Assembly (NCBI GenBank): GCA_964016885.1
Contig: OZ024742.1
Coordinates: 12,462,001-12,526,000, forward strand
DNA: 64,000 bases
Reading direction: 5' to 3'
Source of the DNA: Eledone cirrhosa
Taxonomy: Eukaryota
The position numbers were made by a program, and so were the translations under genes. Positions 25,757-38,937 of this stretch are shown here, in pieces; position 1 is the first letter of the stretch; each line of letters opens with the position of its first letter. Under the pieces are notes generated by a model that was not told where the DNA came from, did no database searches, and saw nothing but the letters and a program-made list of their open reading frames with translations.

Positions 25757-25812
<56 letters not shown>
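25530..25812. repeat. (AAT)n/(AAC)n microsatellite
   Basis: Direct inspection. Confidence 0.9.
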
Positions 25813-25814
<2 letters not shown>

Positions 25815-25926
25815 CCAAAAACTCAAAATAAATGTTGAAATAAAATAAAAAAGAATTTCCTGAGGTAGAAGAATAAAATTGTATATATACATATATATAT
25901 ATATGTGTGTGTGTGTGTGTATGTGT

Positions 25927-25974
<48 letters not shown>

Positions 25975-26012
25975 TTATATATATACTCACACATATATAC
26001 AATTTTATTCTG

Positions 26013-26059
<47 letters not shown>

Positions 26060-26515
26060 TATATATACATATATATATACATATATACATATATACATAT
26101 ATACATATATATATATACATATATACATATATATATATACATATATACATATATATATACATATCTACATATATATATATACATATATACAATTTTATTC
26201 TTTTATATATATATATATATGGGTGGAGAGGGTGTATTATAATAAAGAAGAGAATAAATCCCATAAATGATTAGAATTTCTAGTTTTATTGTCACGCATA
26301 TTTTCCTTGTTGTGTGGAGCCTCTGGGAATGTCACTCGAGAAAACTTGGCCAATCATTAATCAAAGTAGTTTTTCGTGAAACTTTGAAACAAAAAGCACA
26401 CATCTTCATATATATATATATGTGGGTGTGTGTGTGTATGTGTGTGTGTTTCCGTATGTGTGTGTAAATGTCTTTACTTTATATACATACACACACACAA
26501 ACCAATATGCATGTC

Positions 26516-26559
<44 letters not shown>

Positions 26560-26584
26560 TATATACAGACACACATATATAAAT

Positions 26585-26615
<31 letters not shown>

Positions 26616-26679
26616 CGTTAAAAACAAAAAACAAAAACAATAACGAAGAGTGCAGTACAAACAGTGTTAGTATTAGGTT

Positions 26680-26785
<106 letters not shown>

Positions 26786-26880
26786 TGTGTGTGCGTGTGT
26801 GTGTGTGTGTGTGTGTGCGCCTGTCTGTATTCGTATGTCTATATTTGTATATAAACATATGTACACATTATATATACATA

Positions 26881-26913
<33 letters not shown>

Positions 26914-26982
26914 GTATATATAATGAGTACATATGTTTATATACAAATGCATATACAAATATATACATACGAATACAGACAG

Positions 26983-27036
<54 letters not shown>

Positions 27037-27241
27037 GTATATATATATGTATATATGTATGAGTGTCTGTCTGTGTGTGTTTATACACACAGGTGTTTAT
27101 TCTAGGATATATAGACCAGCATATATCTGGTGCATGGAAATTGAGAGAAATAGGTACGATATGTATGTCTCCACATATGAATGCTCATCGAAACTCGAGC
27201 AAGGAAAATAAATGCTGGGAACAATAAATTTACATATAACC

Positions 27242-27277
<36 letters not shown>

Positions 27278-27628
27278 CATATATATATATATGTATGTAT
27301 ATGTGTGTGTGAGTGAGTATATATATATATATTCACACATACGCATATACAGAGCAATGATAATGAATGTAGAGAATGTTTAGAAAAATGATCTTCAAAA
27401 ATGTTGCAAGATTTGAAGACTGTTCTCTAGAATTTGTCTTTAATTATTTTAGGTTGTCTTTTGTTTCCCTTGGGGGGTTCTGTTTCATTAACTAGACGCT
27501 CGTTAATTCATACATCTCCTACACAACAAAGGAAAGTATCTCTGAATAAACATTGCACTTATATTTTAGCTGCAATGGTTTGGATCAAACAAGTATATTT
27601 CCATTAGGAAGTGAATGAATAGACTTAC

Positions 27629-27722
27629 AACGTAGAATATATATACGATTGACCTATACCAGAGTAAATTACTGTGGTTTTACAAAGGAGTGAAGACACA
27701 AACAACAGAAATGGTAACGAAT
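27629..27722 (-). CDS. Candidate host exon (phase 1 to 2), hydrophobic peptide SLPFLLFVSSLLCKTTVIYSGIGQSYIYSTL
   Basis: Acceptor ATTTTTCTTTTCAAAG, donor GTAAGT, only one of three frames open. Confidence 0.35.
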
Positions 27723-28074
27723 CTTTGAAAAGAAAAATATTTAAATATCTACTAACAACTCGTTTGTGTTCTAGTTTCTTCTTTGGTCTAGCGTCTGTCA
27801 CAATGACTAACACCTGATATATCCCGTCAAAGAGGATAATATATAAAATCACTTTCTTTTCCTCACCGAAATACTGTGTACGTTAGCCATTACAAACCTC
27901 CGCTTTAACTTGTAACGCTTGGTGATGTCATAGGGTACATTAAATTTAGCGCAGCCGTTCCATTCTCTATCTGAACACTGACACATCCTTCTTGAGTAAA
28001 AGAGAAAGAGGGAGAGAGATAGAAAGTTAAAGCAGGAGAGATAGAGGGGGATAAGAAAGAGATATACAGGAAGA

Positions 28075-28170
28075 ATCGATTCCAGTAACTCAATGGGACA
28101 TATTTATCGACTACGAAATTAAGAAAGGCGAAGGTGACCTCTGCTCGATTTGAACTCAGAGCGAGAAACT
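28075..28170 (-). mobile_element. Degenerate Meta-domain SINE
   Basis: Reverse complement CTGAGTTCAAATCGAGCAGAGGTCACCTTCGCCTTTC…GTCGATAAA. Confidence 0.6.
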
Positions 28171-28371
28171 GTGCAACTGTTTTCACCGGTACTCAAAGTT
28201 TCATGATGATATCCAAACAATCGTATCAGATTAATATTGGCAAAAGATATTCCTCAATGAAGACATGAAGAGATTAATCTACGATGATTACTCGGATACC
28301 CTCATAAGGTTCTAAGCAGCAACAATTGCCATATACTTTAAGTACATATATATATATATATATATATATAG

Positions 28372-28510
28372 CGATGGAAATGTGGTAAGGAATCAGGTGG
28401 ACCATAACGCACCAAAGTACTCAATACTTAGGGTAGTAGAGTGGGTAATAGGAACGAGTAGGACCCCGACGGCTGAGCTCAAGCCGTTTCGACGGCTAAT
28501 TCTGGACTAG
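28372..28510 (-). mobile_element. Fragment of the hammerhead-bearing PLE pseudo-LTR family (3' half of the ribozyme plus tail)
   Basis: Reverse complement of 56486-56620; intact GAAACGGCTTGAGCTCAGCCGTCGGGGT. Confidence 0.85.
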
Positions 28511-29000
28511 ATGTAACCCAGTGCAACCTGTCGCATGGTCGGGTCGTCGGAGACTAAACCGGCAACCCCACCAAGTTTACTTGGACACCCTGCAGGACAA
28601 AAACCAAAACCTGACAAAGGGCGGAAGAACTCATAAGAGTCAACGACCATCCAAAAGTGTTTAAATATGTATATAGACATGTACCGTGTGGTTAAACCAT
28701 TGGGAGTGAAGGACCCCTAACCTTTGTCAGGGCATTCTTCTAGGAGAAGGCAACTCTGGAAACTGGGATAACTCCGATATAAAACCTGCGGCTCAGTAGT
28801 TACCGATGATGTTGATCTTTTCTTCTTTTCGAGTTATAGCTACTGTCACTCAGAGAGTGGGACTGGCTCAGTGCAGTCTTTCCTCACTTTAAAAAATATC
28901 TTCACGCACAGGCATTGCACGATAGAATTAATTAATAATTATTAATAATGGTATATCATGCAATGGCCATACTCGATAACGAGGGGGCTGCCGTCATCGT
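28511..29000 (+). mobile_element. Non-coding dispersed element, copy 2 (slightly 5'-truncated), with HDV-like fold
   Basis: Colinear with 8689-9242. Confidence 0.75.
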
Positions 29001-29030
29001 CATATATATATATATATATATGTGTGTGCG

Positions 29031-29068
<38 letters not shown>

Positions 29069-29392
29069 TTTACATGTATATATGTATAGCATTTTTGACC
29101 AGGTCAAATGGCTTTCCGATGTATAATGCAATGATAGCATATTTCTGTGACTATCATTTGTATTATTTTTCATTCTTTAATCCGTAAGTTGGGAGGACAT
29201 TATTCATATACAATACAGGACTTTCTGAAATGAAACATACTTATAAATGGACGAGGAGTTGTTACTGAACTTGAATTCCTTATAATTACAGGTCGACAAT
29301 AAAACATAAATATGGAGTCAAAAAGAAATGAGGGTTTAACAATAGATTTCGCTTCAGCTTGGCATACTGTAATATAGCTGTAGGATTCTCAC

Positions 29393-29461
29393 ATGTTAAT
29401 GTGGTAAGTAGGATGTAATATAGTGATCCCGTTGAAGAGATCAGAGACAATTCTGCTGGTG
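29393..29461 (-). CDS. Candidate 69-nt host exon (phase 1-1), PAELSLISSTGSLYYILLTTLT
   Basis: Strong acceptor CTTTTTCTTCTGTCTTTTCCACTAG, donor GTGAGA; phase fits both neighbours. Confidence 0.35.
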
Positions 29462-29668
29462 CTAGTGGAAAAGACAGAAGAAAAAGATAGTTCAAAAATG
29501 TATTCGGATAAACGATATTCCTGGCTTTGAATTTATCTCGACGTAAATTTATCACCAAGTATATATATGTAGCACTCTGATAGCAACTCTCAACTATTAA
29601 TAGAACATTTTCAATTGTATTTTTGGTTGATTCTTTTTATTATATTTTAAGCTTTTCTTGTTGCTTAC

Positions 29669-29765
29669 ATTTTAAACTTTCACCTGTATTTTTGCCACGT
29701 CTCTGGAAATGTGACGAGGAGGATTCACCAACATCCACTAATCGTGTAACGTGGATTTGTTGCAT
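29669..29765 (-). CDS. Candidate first coding exon portion MQQIHVTRLVDVGESSSSHFQRRGKNTGESLK
   Basis: Acceptor TTTTATCTCAG at 29793, ATG at 29765, donor GTAAGC at 29668, phase 1. Confidence 0.3.
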
Positions 29766-30364
29766 GTTAGCATCTAATCATTTAATGGTTTTCTGAGATA
29801 AAAATGTCTCACTAAAAGGATAAGCACTTTAGAGTATTGAATAACGCAGGAGTGTTTATAAGTCGAAAGCAATATAATTCTTCTGGGCCCCAGAAATATT
29901 CCAGCATTTCAAAGTGGCTCGTAAGAGTTAAGATACAGAAGTTGAGTAAAAATATTTAAGGAGCATAAAATATAGCACTGTGAATAGAATGGCGTATAAC
30001 TAGTTTCCAATAATTCCAACTATCAAACGATGTATTGTAACGAAATTAATTTAATGGATATGTAACGACGAGCAATATTTCAAAAGCATACAATTAAGTT
30101 TGATCCATCTACTGTGTATCTCTGAAAGAATAGGACTACTTTCATAGTTATATTTATCTTCGGAAATAATAGCTTTTCAGCTTGCTTGGACAATGGGAAC
30201 TATTCCAAATATTATCGATGTATTATGTTTATATTTTAAATGGTAGAATTGCAATTGTTTATGTACGTTATATTATTCATACTGTATAAGTTTTTATAAT
30301 AGGGAGGATGGACGTTACATAATACGTATATATATTTGTGTGTGTTTATAATATAATTGACGTT

Positions 30365-30403
<39 letters not shown>

Positions 30404-30662
30404 AATTTGAAGACTAAAATCCAAAGAGGGCTCGATAAGGATAAATATATAACAAATATATAAGAACCGTATTTTATTTACTTTATTCTTAACTCTGAAG
30501 CGGAGAATCATTCGGTTTCCTAGTTAGAATTTTAGTCTACGACTTCAGTTCCCGTTCTTTGCCAGGGAAGGTTTCCACGAACCAAAGTATCGTCTTCCTG
30601 TCTTCCTCCGATTGCAACGTTTTTTGAAATATTCACTTCTGCGTTTACAGATTGACTTTGTT

Positions 30663-30713
30663 AGTTTCAGAAGATCCCGTTAAGGGTGAAAGCAGCGATT
30701 CTTTGCTTAAACT
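30663..30713 (+). ncRNA. Decayed type I hammerhead motif in a TA-flanked repeat
   Basis: AGTTT-CAGAAGA-TCCC GTTAA GGGT-GAAA-GCA…TGC-TT-AAACT; U4 replaced by A. Confidence 0.5.
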
Positions 30714-30729
30714 TTTATCCGTTATTTTA

Positions 30730-30794
<65 letters not shown>

Positions 30795-30965
30795 CAATAG
30801 TGTCTATTTACTCTCCGAAACTCCGAAGTAAACTTTTACTAATAAAACATACCATTTTATTCTATTATGAGAATACAACCCATTATTCAGTGCATGTTTA
30901 GTGTATCAATTTGACAAACCTATAACATCATGCTTAGCCGAGTGACTTATTAAGATCAAAATATG

Positions 30966-31095
<130 letters not shown>

Positions 31096-31439
31096 CGCGC
31101 GTGTGTGCATGTCTGTGTGTGTGCGCGCGCGCGTGTGTCAATGCATGTAAGAATTTATGTATGTCTGTATAAAGATATCCTAGTGTAGTAAGACTTGATT
31201 AGACCAAATGAAGGGTACATATTCTGGCATTGTTGTTGCCATTTCTCTAGTAATTCTCCCACAGCAAATACCACGTCTATAGTTCTAAGTTGTCCACGGA
31301 AATATCATCGGCTTTCTGGGAGATAAAGCTTGCTTGGTTTCCAGTTCCTAAAGAATCAAAAGAATTGCGTCAACTTGTGTTACAGAATTGGCCTTTCAGT
31401 TTTGTAGGTTTCTACTATTATGGCATCTGTTGGAATAGA

Positions 31440-31615
31440 TCATCTGCAGAATACTCCATTCTGACTATACCTTCATATTTATGACTGTGATTATCAGGGC
31501 ACTGGGATATGTTAGTAACTGGCTCAGTACAATTCTTGAGAAGCTGGGCTTCACAGGAAAAGGAAGAACATGACTAGATAGGAAATTACAAGTACAATCC
31601 ATTCATGAAAGAGTA
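31440..31615 (+). pseudogene. 3' fragment of an RLE-type non-LTR retrotransposon
   Basis: …ILHSDYTFIFMTVIIRALGYVSNWLSTILEKLGF…RKLQVQSI resembles the 'P.IIGALG.V' end of restriction-like endonuclease domains. Confidence 0.5.
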
Positions 31616-31894
31616 AAAATATGTAAAATATTCCAAAAATACCGCATCTAATAACTGCATATACACATGAACAGATACAAAGCATATGCACATGCACACA
31701 TACAACTCAAAACACACATATCCACACATACAATAACATCCATATCTACACATACATGCATGTAGACATACATACATATCTACCTAGTTGATGTTGTGTA
31801 AATTCCAATGAGAGAGTCTTGTGTCTATGTTAGAAACCGACTCTCTCTCTATTGGTAAACACTGATAAAATTATGAAACTAGGAAAATATACAT

Positions 31895-31930
<36 letters not shown>

Positions 31931-32058
31931 ACAAATACATAAACATACATACATATACACATATACTTGGCCATACATACTTTCATACCTACACATCCAT
32001 ACATACATACATACATACATACATACATACATACATACATACATACATACATACATAC

Positions 32059-32124
<66 letters not shown>

Positions 32125-32129
<5 letters not shown>

Positions 32130-32548
32130 TAAACGGAATAGAAAATGCTGACAAATTGTTCACAGTTGAAAAATGGTTTAATTAGGAATAAAAGAGTATT
32201 AGTGATTGTATGGGTTAGTATTCAGTTGTGGTTTTAAGTTTTTAAGTTTTTACCGGTTGCGCATTTCTAAATGCTTTTCAAAAATAATTTTGAGATAGAG
32301 TGTCCGTGCTGTTTGCTCTGATCTGATTAGTTTTTGGAATTCTACCTGTTTTTATGTTAAAAAAGTGGCTCCAGCGTTATTTTTGTGTTGCAAAAATGCT
32401 TGTGGTCAAAACAATTTTGATTGGTCGGTAGAGGTCATGTGAATGTAAAAAGTTGATTTTGCGCCAAGACTGTTTTTATGTTAAAAAAGTGGCTCCAGCA
32501 AAAATTCTTGGTCAAAACAATTTTGATTGGTCGGTAGAGGTCATGTGG
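32125..32548 (-). mobile_element. PLE-type pseudo-LTR family copy (same family as 52882-53588) with GCAA-variant hammerhead at ~32248-32284
   Basis: Reverse complement of 53260-53588; flanked by (TA)n. Confidence 0.8.
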
Positions 32549-32637
<89 letters not shown>

Positions 32638-32986
32638 ATGTGTGTGTGTGTGTGTTTACATGCCACACAGGAGCAAGAATGAAGGGTTCATTCTACTGAC
32701 ATGGCTTTAAAAAGGAGGCCTGTTTGCATAATTGCAAACGAATCGAATGTTATTATTAATATTCGAAAAACTCAGATTACATGTTTTGTATTCAGTCATG
32801 TAGAGCGAAAAATGTTATATATATATATATATATATACATACAAATACATAAACATACATACATATACACATATACATGGCCATACATACTTTCATATCT
32901 ACACATACATACATACACATACATACATACATACATACATACATACATACATACATACATACATACATACATACATACATACATAC

Positions 32987-33025
<39 letters not shown>

Positions 33026-33101
33026 TAAACATACATACATATACACATATACATGCATACATACATACATACATGCATACATACATACATACATACATAC
33101 A

Positions 33102-33154
<53 letters not shown>

Positions 33155-33290
33155 TGGTAAACATACATACATATACACATATACATGGCCATACATACTT
33201 TCATACCTACACATACATACATACACATACATACATACATACATACATACATACATACATACATACATACATACATACATACATACATAC

Positions 33291-33361
<71 letters not shown>

Positions 33362-33404
33362 TAAACGGAATAGAAAATGCCGGATGGCTGAAACAGGTAA
33401 AAGA

Positions 33405-33448
<44 letters not shown>

Positions 33449-33974
33449 TCGTATTTCGGAGAATAGTGTTGTTTGTTTGAGAATTGGTCAATTTATGAAA
33501 GAATCACTTGACATTCTTATTTGCAAGGTTGAAGAAGAACAACATTTTTAAATGATTGCTTCAAATCAATGAATTTTCAGAAATTACATTATCCCTATTT
33601 CAGGAATCCAAGACCATCCTTGAATAGAATTCTGGCTGAACATTTTAAAATGCTTCTCCATTGCTGCTACAATGTTATTTCCTTCGTCTCTTTGTTATTT
33701 ACAATATAACTATTATATGTTTGTTATATTCTCTTCGCTTTTTTTACCAGTTTTTTCTTCCATCCAATCTGGGTTTTTTTAACTGTTTTCCCCCTCTCTG
33801 TTTCCCTTCCCTCTATCCTTTCCTTTGCCTCTCTTTTCCCTTGAACTCTCTTTTCCCTCCCCCTCTCTTCCCCCTCTATTTTCCACTCCCCTCCATCTGT
33901 ATTTCCTCTTAATGTCATCCGTTTCTGGTTTCAATTACAAATTATTCTCTCTAACAAACCGTAGTGACATTAGC

Positions 33975-35716
33975 AGTAACACAAACAACAACAACAGCAT
34001 TAACAACAAAAACAACAACAACAACAACAACAATAAAAACAGCAACAGCAACGACACCAACAGCTACATCAGCAACGACATGAACAGCAACATCAACAAC
34101 AGCAAAAACAACAGAGAGCAGCAATAAAAACAACAACAACAGCAATAACAACAATAACAACAGCAATAACAGCAGCAACAACAGCAATAACAACAACAAC
34201 AACAACAGCAGTAACAACAACAACAGCAGCAATAACAACAACAACAACAACAACAACAGCAATACCAACAACAACAGCAGTAACAACAACAACAGCAACA
34301 ATAACAACAACTACAACAGCAATAATAGCAACAACAAAAGCAGTGACAACAACAACATCAATAACAACAACAACAACAATAACAATAACAACAACAACAA
34401 CAGAAATAACATCAACAACAACGGCAATAACATCAACAATAACAGTAATAACAACAGCAACAACAGCAATAACAACAACAACAATAACAACAACAACAGC
34501 AATAACAACTACAAAAACAACAGCAATAACAACAGCAGCAATAACAACAACAACATCAACAACAACAACAACTTCAACAACAGCAATAACAACAATAACA
34601 ACAACAACAACAGCAACAACAACAGCAACAACAGCAACAACAGCAATAACAACAACAACAACAACAGCAATAACAACAGCAATAACAACAACAGCAGCAA
34701 TAACAACAAAAACAACAGTACTAAAAACAACAGCAATAACAACAACAACAACAACAGCAATAACAACAGCAACAACAGCAATAACAACAACAACAACAGC
34801 AATAACAACAACAACAACAGCAATAACAACAACAACAGCAGCAATAACAACAACAACAATAACAATAACAACAGCAACAACAGCAATAACAACAACAACA
34901 ACAGCAATAACAACAACAACAACAGCAATAACAACAACAAGAGCAACATCAGCAATAACAACAACAACAACAGCAATAACAACAACAACAGCAATAACAA
35001 CAACAACAGCAATAACAACAGCAACAACAGCAATAACAACAACAACAACAGCAGCAATAACAACAACAACAATAACAATAACAACAGCAACAACAGCAAT
35101 AACAAGAACAACAACAGCAATACCAACAACAACGACAGCAATAACAGCAATAACAACAACAGCAATAACAACAGCAACAACAGCAATAACAACAACAACA
35201 ACAACAACAGCAATAACAATAGCAACAACAGCAATACCAACAACAACAACAACAACAATAACAACAACATCGGCAATATCCATAGCAACAACAACAACAG
35301 CAATAACAACAAAAACAACAGCAATTACAACAACAACAATAACAACAACAACAACAACATCAATAACAACAACAACAGCAGCAGCAATAACAACAAAAAA
35401 CAACAGCAATAACAACGACAGCAATAACAACAACATCAATAACAACAGCAACAACAGCAATAACAGCAACAACAACAACAGCAATAACAACAGCAACAAG
35501 AGCAATAACAACAACAACAACAGCAGCAATAACAACAACAACAATAACAATAACAACAGCAACAACAGCAATAACAACAACAGCAATACCAACAACAACG
35601 ACAGCAATAACAGCAATAACAACAGCAACAACAGCAATAACAACAACAACAGCAATAACAACAACAACAGCAATAACAACAAAGACAATTGCAATAACAA
35701 CAGCAACAACAGCAAT

Positions 35717-35747
<31 letters not shown>

Positions 35748-36387
35748 GCAGCAATAACAGCAATAACAACAACAACAACAGCAATAACAACAACAACCGC
35801 AACAACAACAGTAATAACAACAACAACAACAGCAATAACAACAACAACAGCAATAAAAACAGCAACAACAACAACAGCAATAACAACAACAACAACAGCA
35901 ATAACAACAGCAACAACAGCAATAACAACAGCAACAACAGCAATACCAACAACAACAACAACAATAACAACAACAACATCGGCAATAACAACAGCAATAA
36001 CAACAACAGCAATAACAACAACATCAGCAATAACAACAAAAACAACAGTAATTACAACAACAGCAATAACAACAACAGCAATAACAACAACAACAACAGC
36101 AAGAAGAACAACAACAACATCAATAACAACAACAACAGCAGCAATAACAACAAAAACAACAGCAATAACAACGACAACAATAACAACAACAGCAATAACA
36201 ACAGCAATAATAACAGCAACAACAACAACAGCAATAACAACAACAGCAACAATAACAACAGCAACAACAGCAATAACAACAACAACAACAGCAATAACAA
36301 CAACAACAGCAATAGCAACAACAACAGCAGCAATATCACAAAAATAACAGCAATAACAACAACAACAATAACAACAACAACAGCAAT

Positions 36388-36439
<52 letters not shown>

Positions 36440-37220
36440 GCAATAACAACAACAACAACAACAACAACAATAACAAAAACAACAACAGCAATAACAACTA
36501 AAATAACAGCAATAACAACGACAAGAATAACAACATCAACAACAGCAATAACAACAGCAACACCAGCAATAACAACAACAACAATAACAACAACAACAAT
36601 AACAACAACAACAACAACAACAACAACAACCTCAATAACAACAGCAAAAACAACAACAACTGCAATAACAACAACAATAGCATTAACAACAGCAACATCA
36701 ATAACAACAACAACAACAACAGCATTAAAAACAACAACAACAGCAATAACAACAACAGCAATAACAACCACAACAACAGCAATAACAACAACAATAACAA
36801 CAATAACAACAACAACAGCAGCAATAACAACAAGAGCAATAACAACAACAACAACAGCAATAACAACAAAAACAACAGCAATAACAACAACAGCAATAAC
36901 AACAACGGCAATAACAACAACAAAAGCAATAACAACAGCAACAACAGCAATAACAACAACAACAATAACAACAGCAGCAATAATAACAACAACAACAGCA
37001 ATAACAACAACAAAAGCAATAACAACAACAACAACAGCAATAACTATACCAACAACAGCAATAACAACAACAACAACAACAGCAATAACTACAACAACAT
37101 CAGCAATAACAACAACAACAGCAATAACAACAACAAAAGCAATAACATCAACAACAACAGCAATAACAACAACACCAACAGCAATAACAACAAACAACAA
37201 CAATGACAGCAATAACAAAG
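33975..37220. repeat. ~3.2-kb compound (AAC/AAT/AGC)n trinucleotide array
   Basis: Direct inspection; source of the poly-T/N/L/V ORFs. Confidence 0.95.
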
Positions 37221-37285
37221 CGTAATAATATGAACAGGAATGAAAATGAAAAAAATCTGGACGTAAAGACAAATAGCCAAACTTA

Positions 37286-38229
37286 ACCACCATACCACCT
37301 CATCGCCACCACAACACCACCACAACACCACCACACCACCACCACCTCCCACCACACCACCACCACAACACCACGACCCCCCACCACACCACCACCACAC
37401 CACCACATAACCACCACAACACCACCACACCTCCACCACACCACCACATAACCACCACAACACCACCACAACACCACCACAACACCACCACAACACCACC
37501 ACACCACCACCACACCACCACCACCTCCCACCACACCACCACCACATAACCACCACACCACCACTACACCACCACATAACCACCACAACACCACCACACC
37601 TCCACCACACCACCACATAACCACCACAACACCACCACAACACCACCACAACACCACCACAACACCACCACACCACCACCACACCACCACCACCTCCCAC
37701 CACACCACCACCACATAACCACCACACCACCACCACACCACCACATAACCACCACACCACCACCACACCACCACCACAACACCACCACCTCCCATCACAC
37801 CACCACCACATAACCACCACACCACCACCACACCACCACATAACCACCACACCACCACCACAACCACAACACCACCACCAACACCACACCATCACCATCA
37901 CCACAACAACCACCACACCACCACCACCACCACCACACCACCACCACCTCCACCATCACCACAACAACCACCACCGCCCCCACCATCACCGCCACCACCA
38001 CCACCACCGCCACCACCTCACCACCACCACCGCCACCACCATCACCACCACCACCACCTCACCACCACCGCCACCACAACAACCACCACCAGACCACCAC
38101 CACCACAACAACAACCACCACCACCACACAACTACCACCAGCACCACACCACCACCACCTCCACCATCACCACCGCCACCACCACCACCACCACCACCGC
38201 CTCACCACCACCACCACCGCCACCACCAC
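37286..38229. repeat. (CAC)n-derived repeat with 11-nt ACCACCACAAC/ACCACCACATA subunits
   Basis: Direct inspection. Confidence 0.9.
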
Positions 38230-38368
38230 AATAGGAGTTAAAAGAGATACAATGGAAGGGGGTGCGTGGTGACCTCAACAGAGACAAGAACTACAACTAC
38301 AACAACTACAACAGAGACAACAAGTACAGCAACAACTACTATTAGTGGTAGTAGTGGTGGTAGTAGTT

Positions 38369-38414
<46 letters not shown>

Positions 38415-38937
38415 CAGTAGTAGTAGTGCTGCTGCTGCTGTTACTACTACTAGGATGAGTTCTGCTGCTGGGAATAGCAACTGTGGAGTTATTCAGAAAG
38501 TATTAGTTGAGCTTCAGTGAGTCTAATACCAACAGTAACTGCTGAGTTACAATAGAAGGAATATAGAGAGAGGTAAGTTGAAAGTTAAATGGTAGTTAGA
38601 GAGAGAGAGGTAGGGAGAGGTAGAGAGGGGGGTGTAAATTGATAGATAGTGAGGGGGGGCAGTGAGAAGTAGAGAGAGGTAGAGAGAGGGGGTAGATAGA
38701 TAGATAAATTTCTATTTATTTGCCACGAGGGCACAAAAGAAGGGGACATTTACACAGTGGGGGAGTTTACATAAATCGAGTAAAGAAAAAGGAATAACAA
38801 TAATAATATAACAATAAAAAGTCCTCAAAAGGGAGGGGGCGTGTTGGGGATTGCACATACCCCCGAAAAGTGTGCAACTCTTTTCGCGGGGGAAGCCCAG
38901 AGAGGAGGCGCTCCCCCTTTCCTCTTCACTTCTTCAC

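Noticed and set aside
33951-38520. Poly-L/V/T/N and W/C/G-rich long ORFs
   Set aside because: Stop-free frames of trinucleotide repeats on both strands
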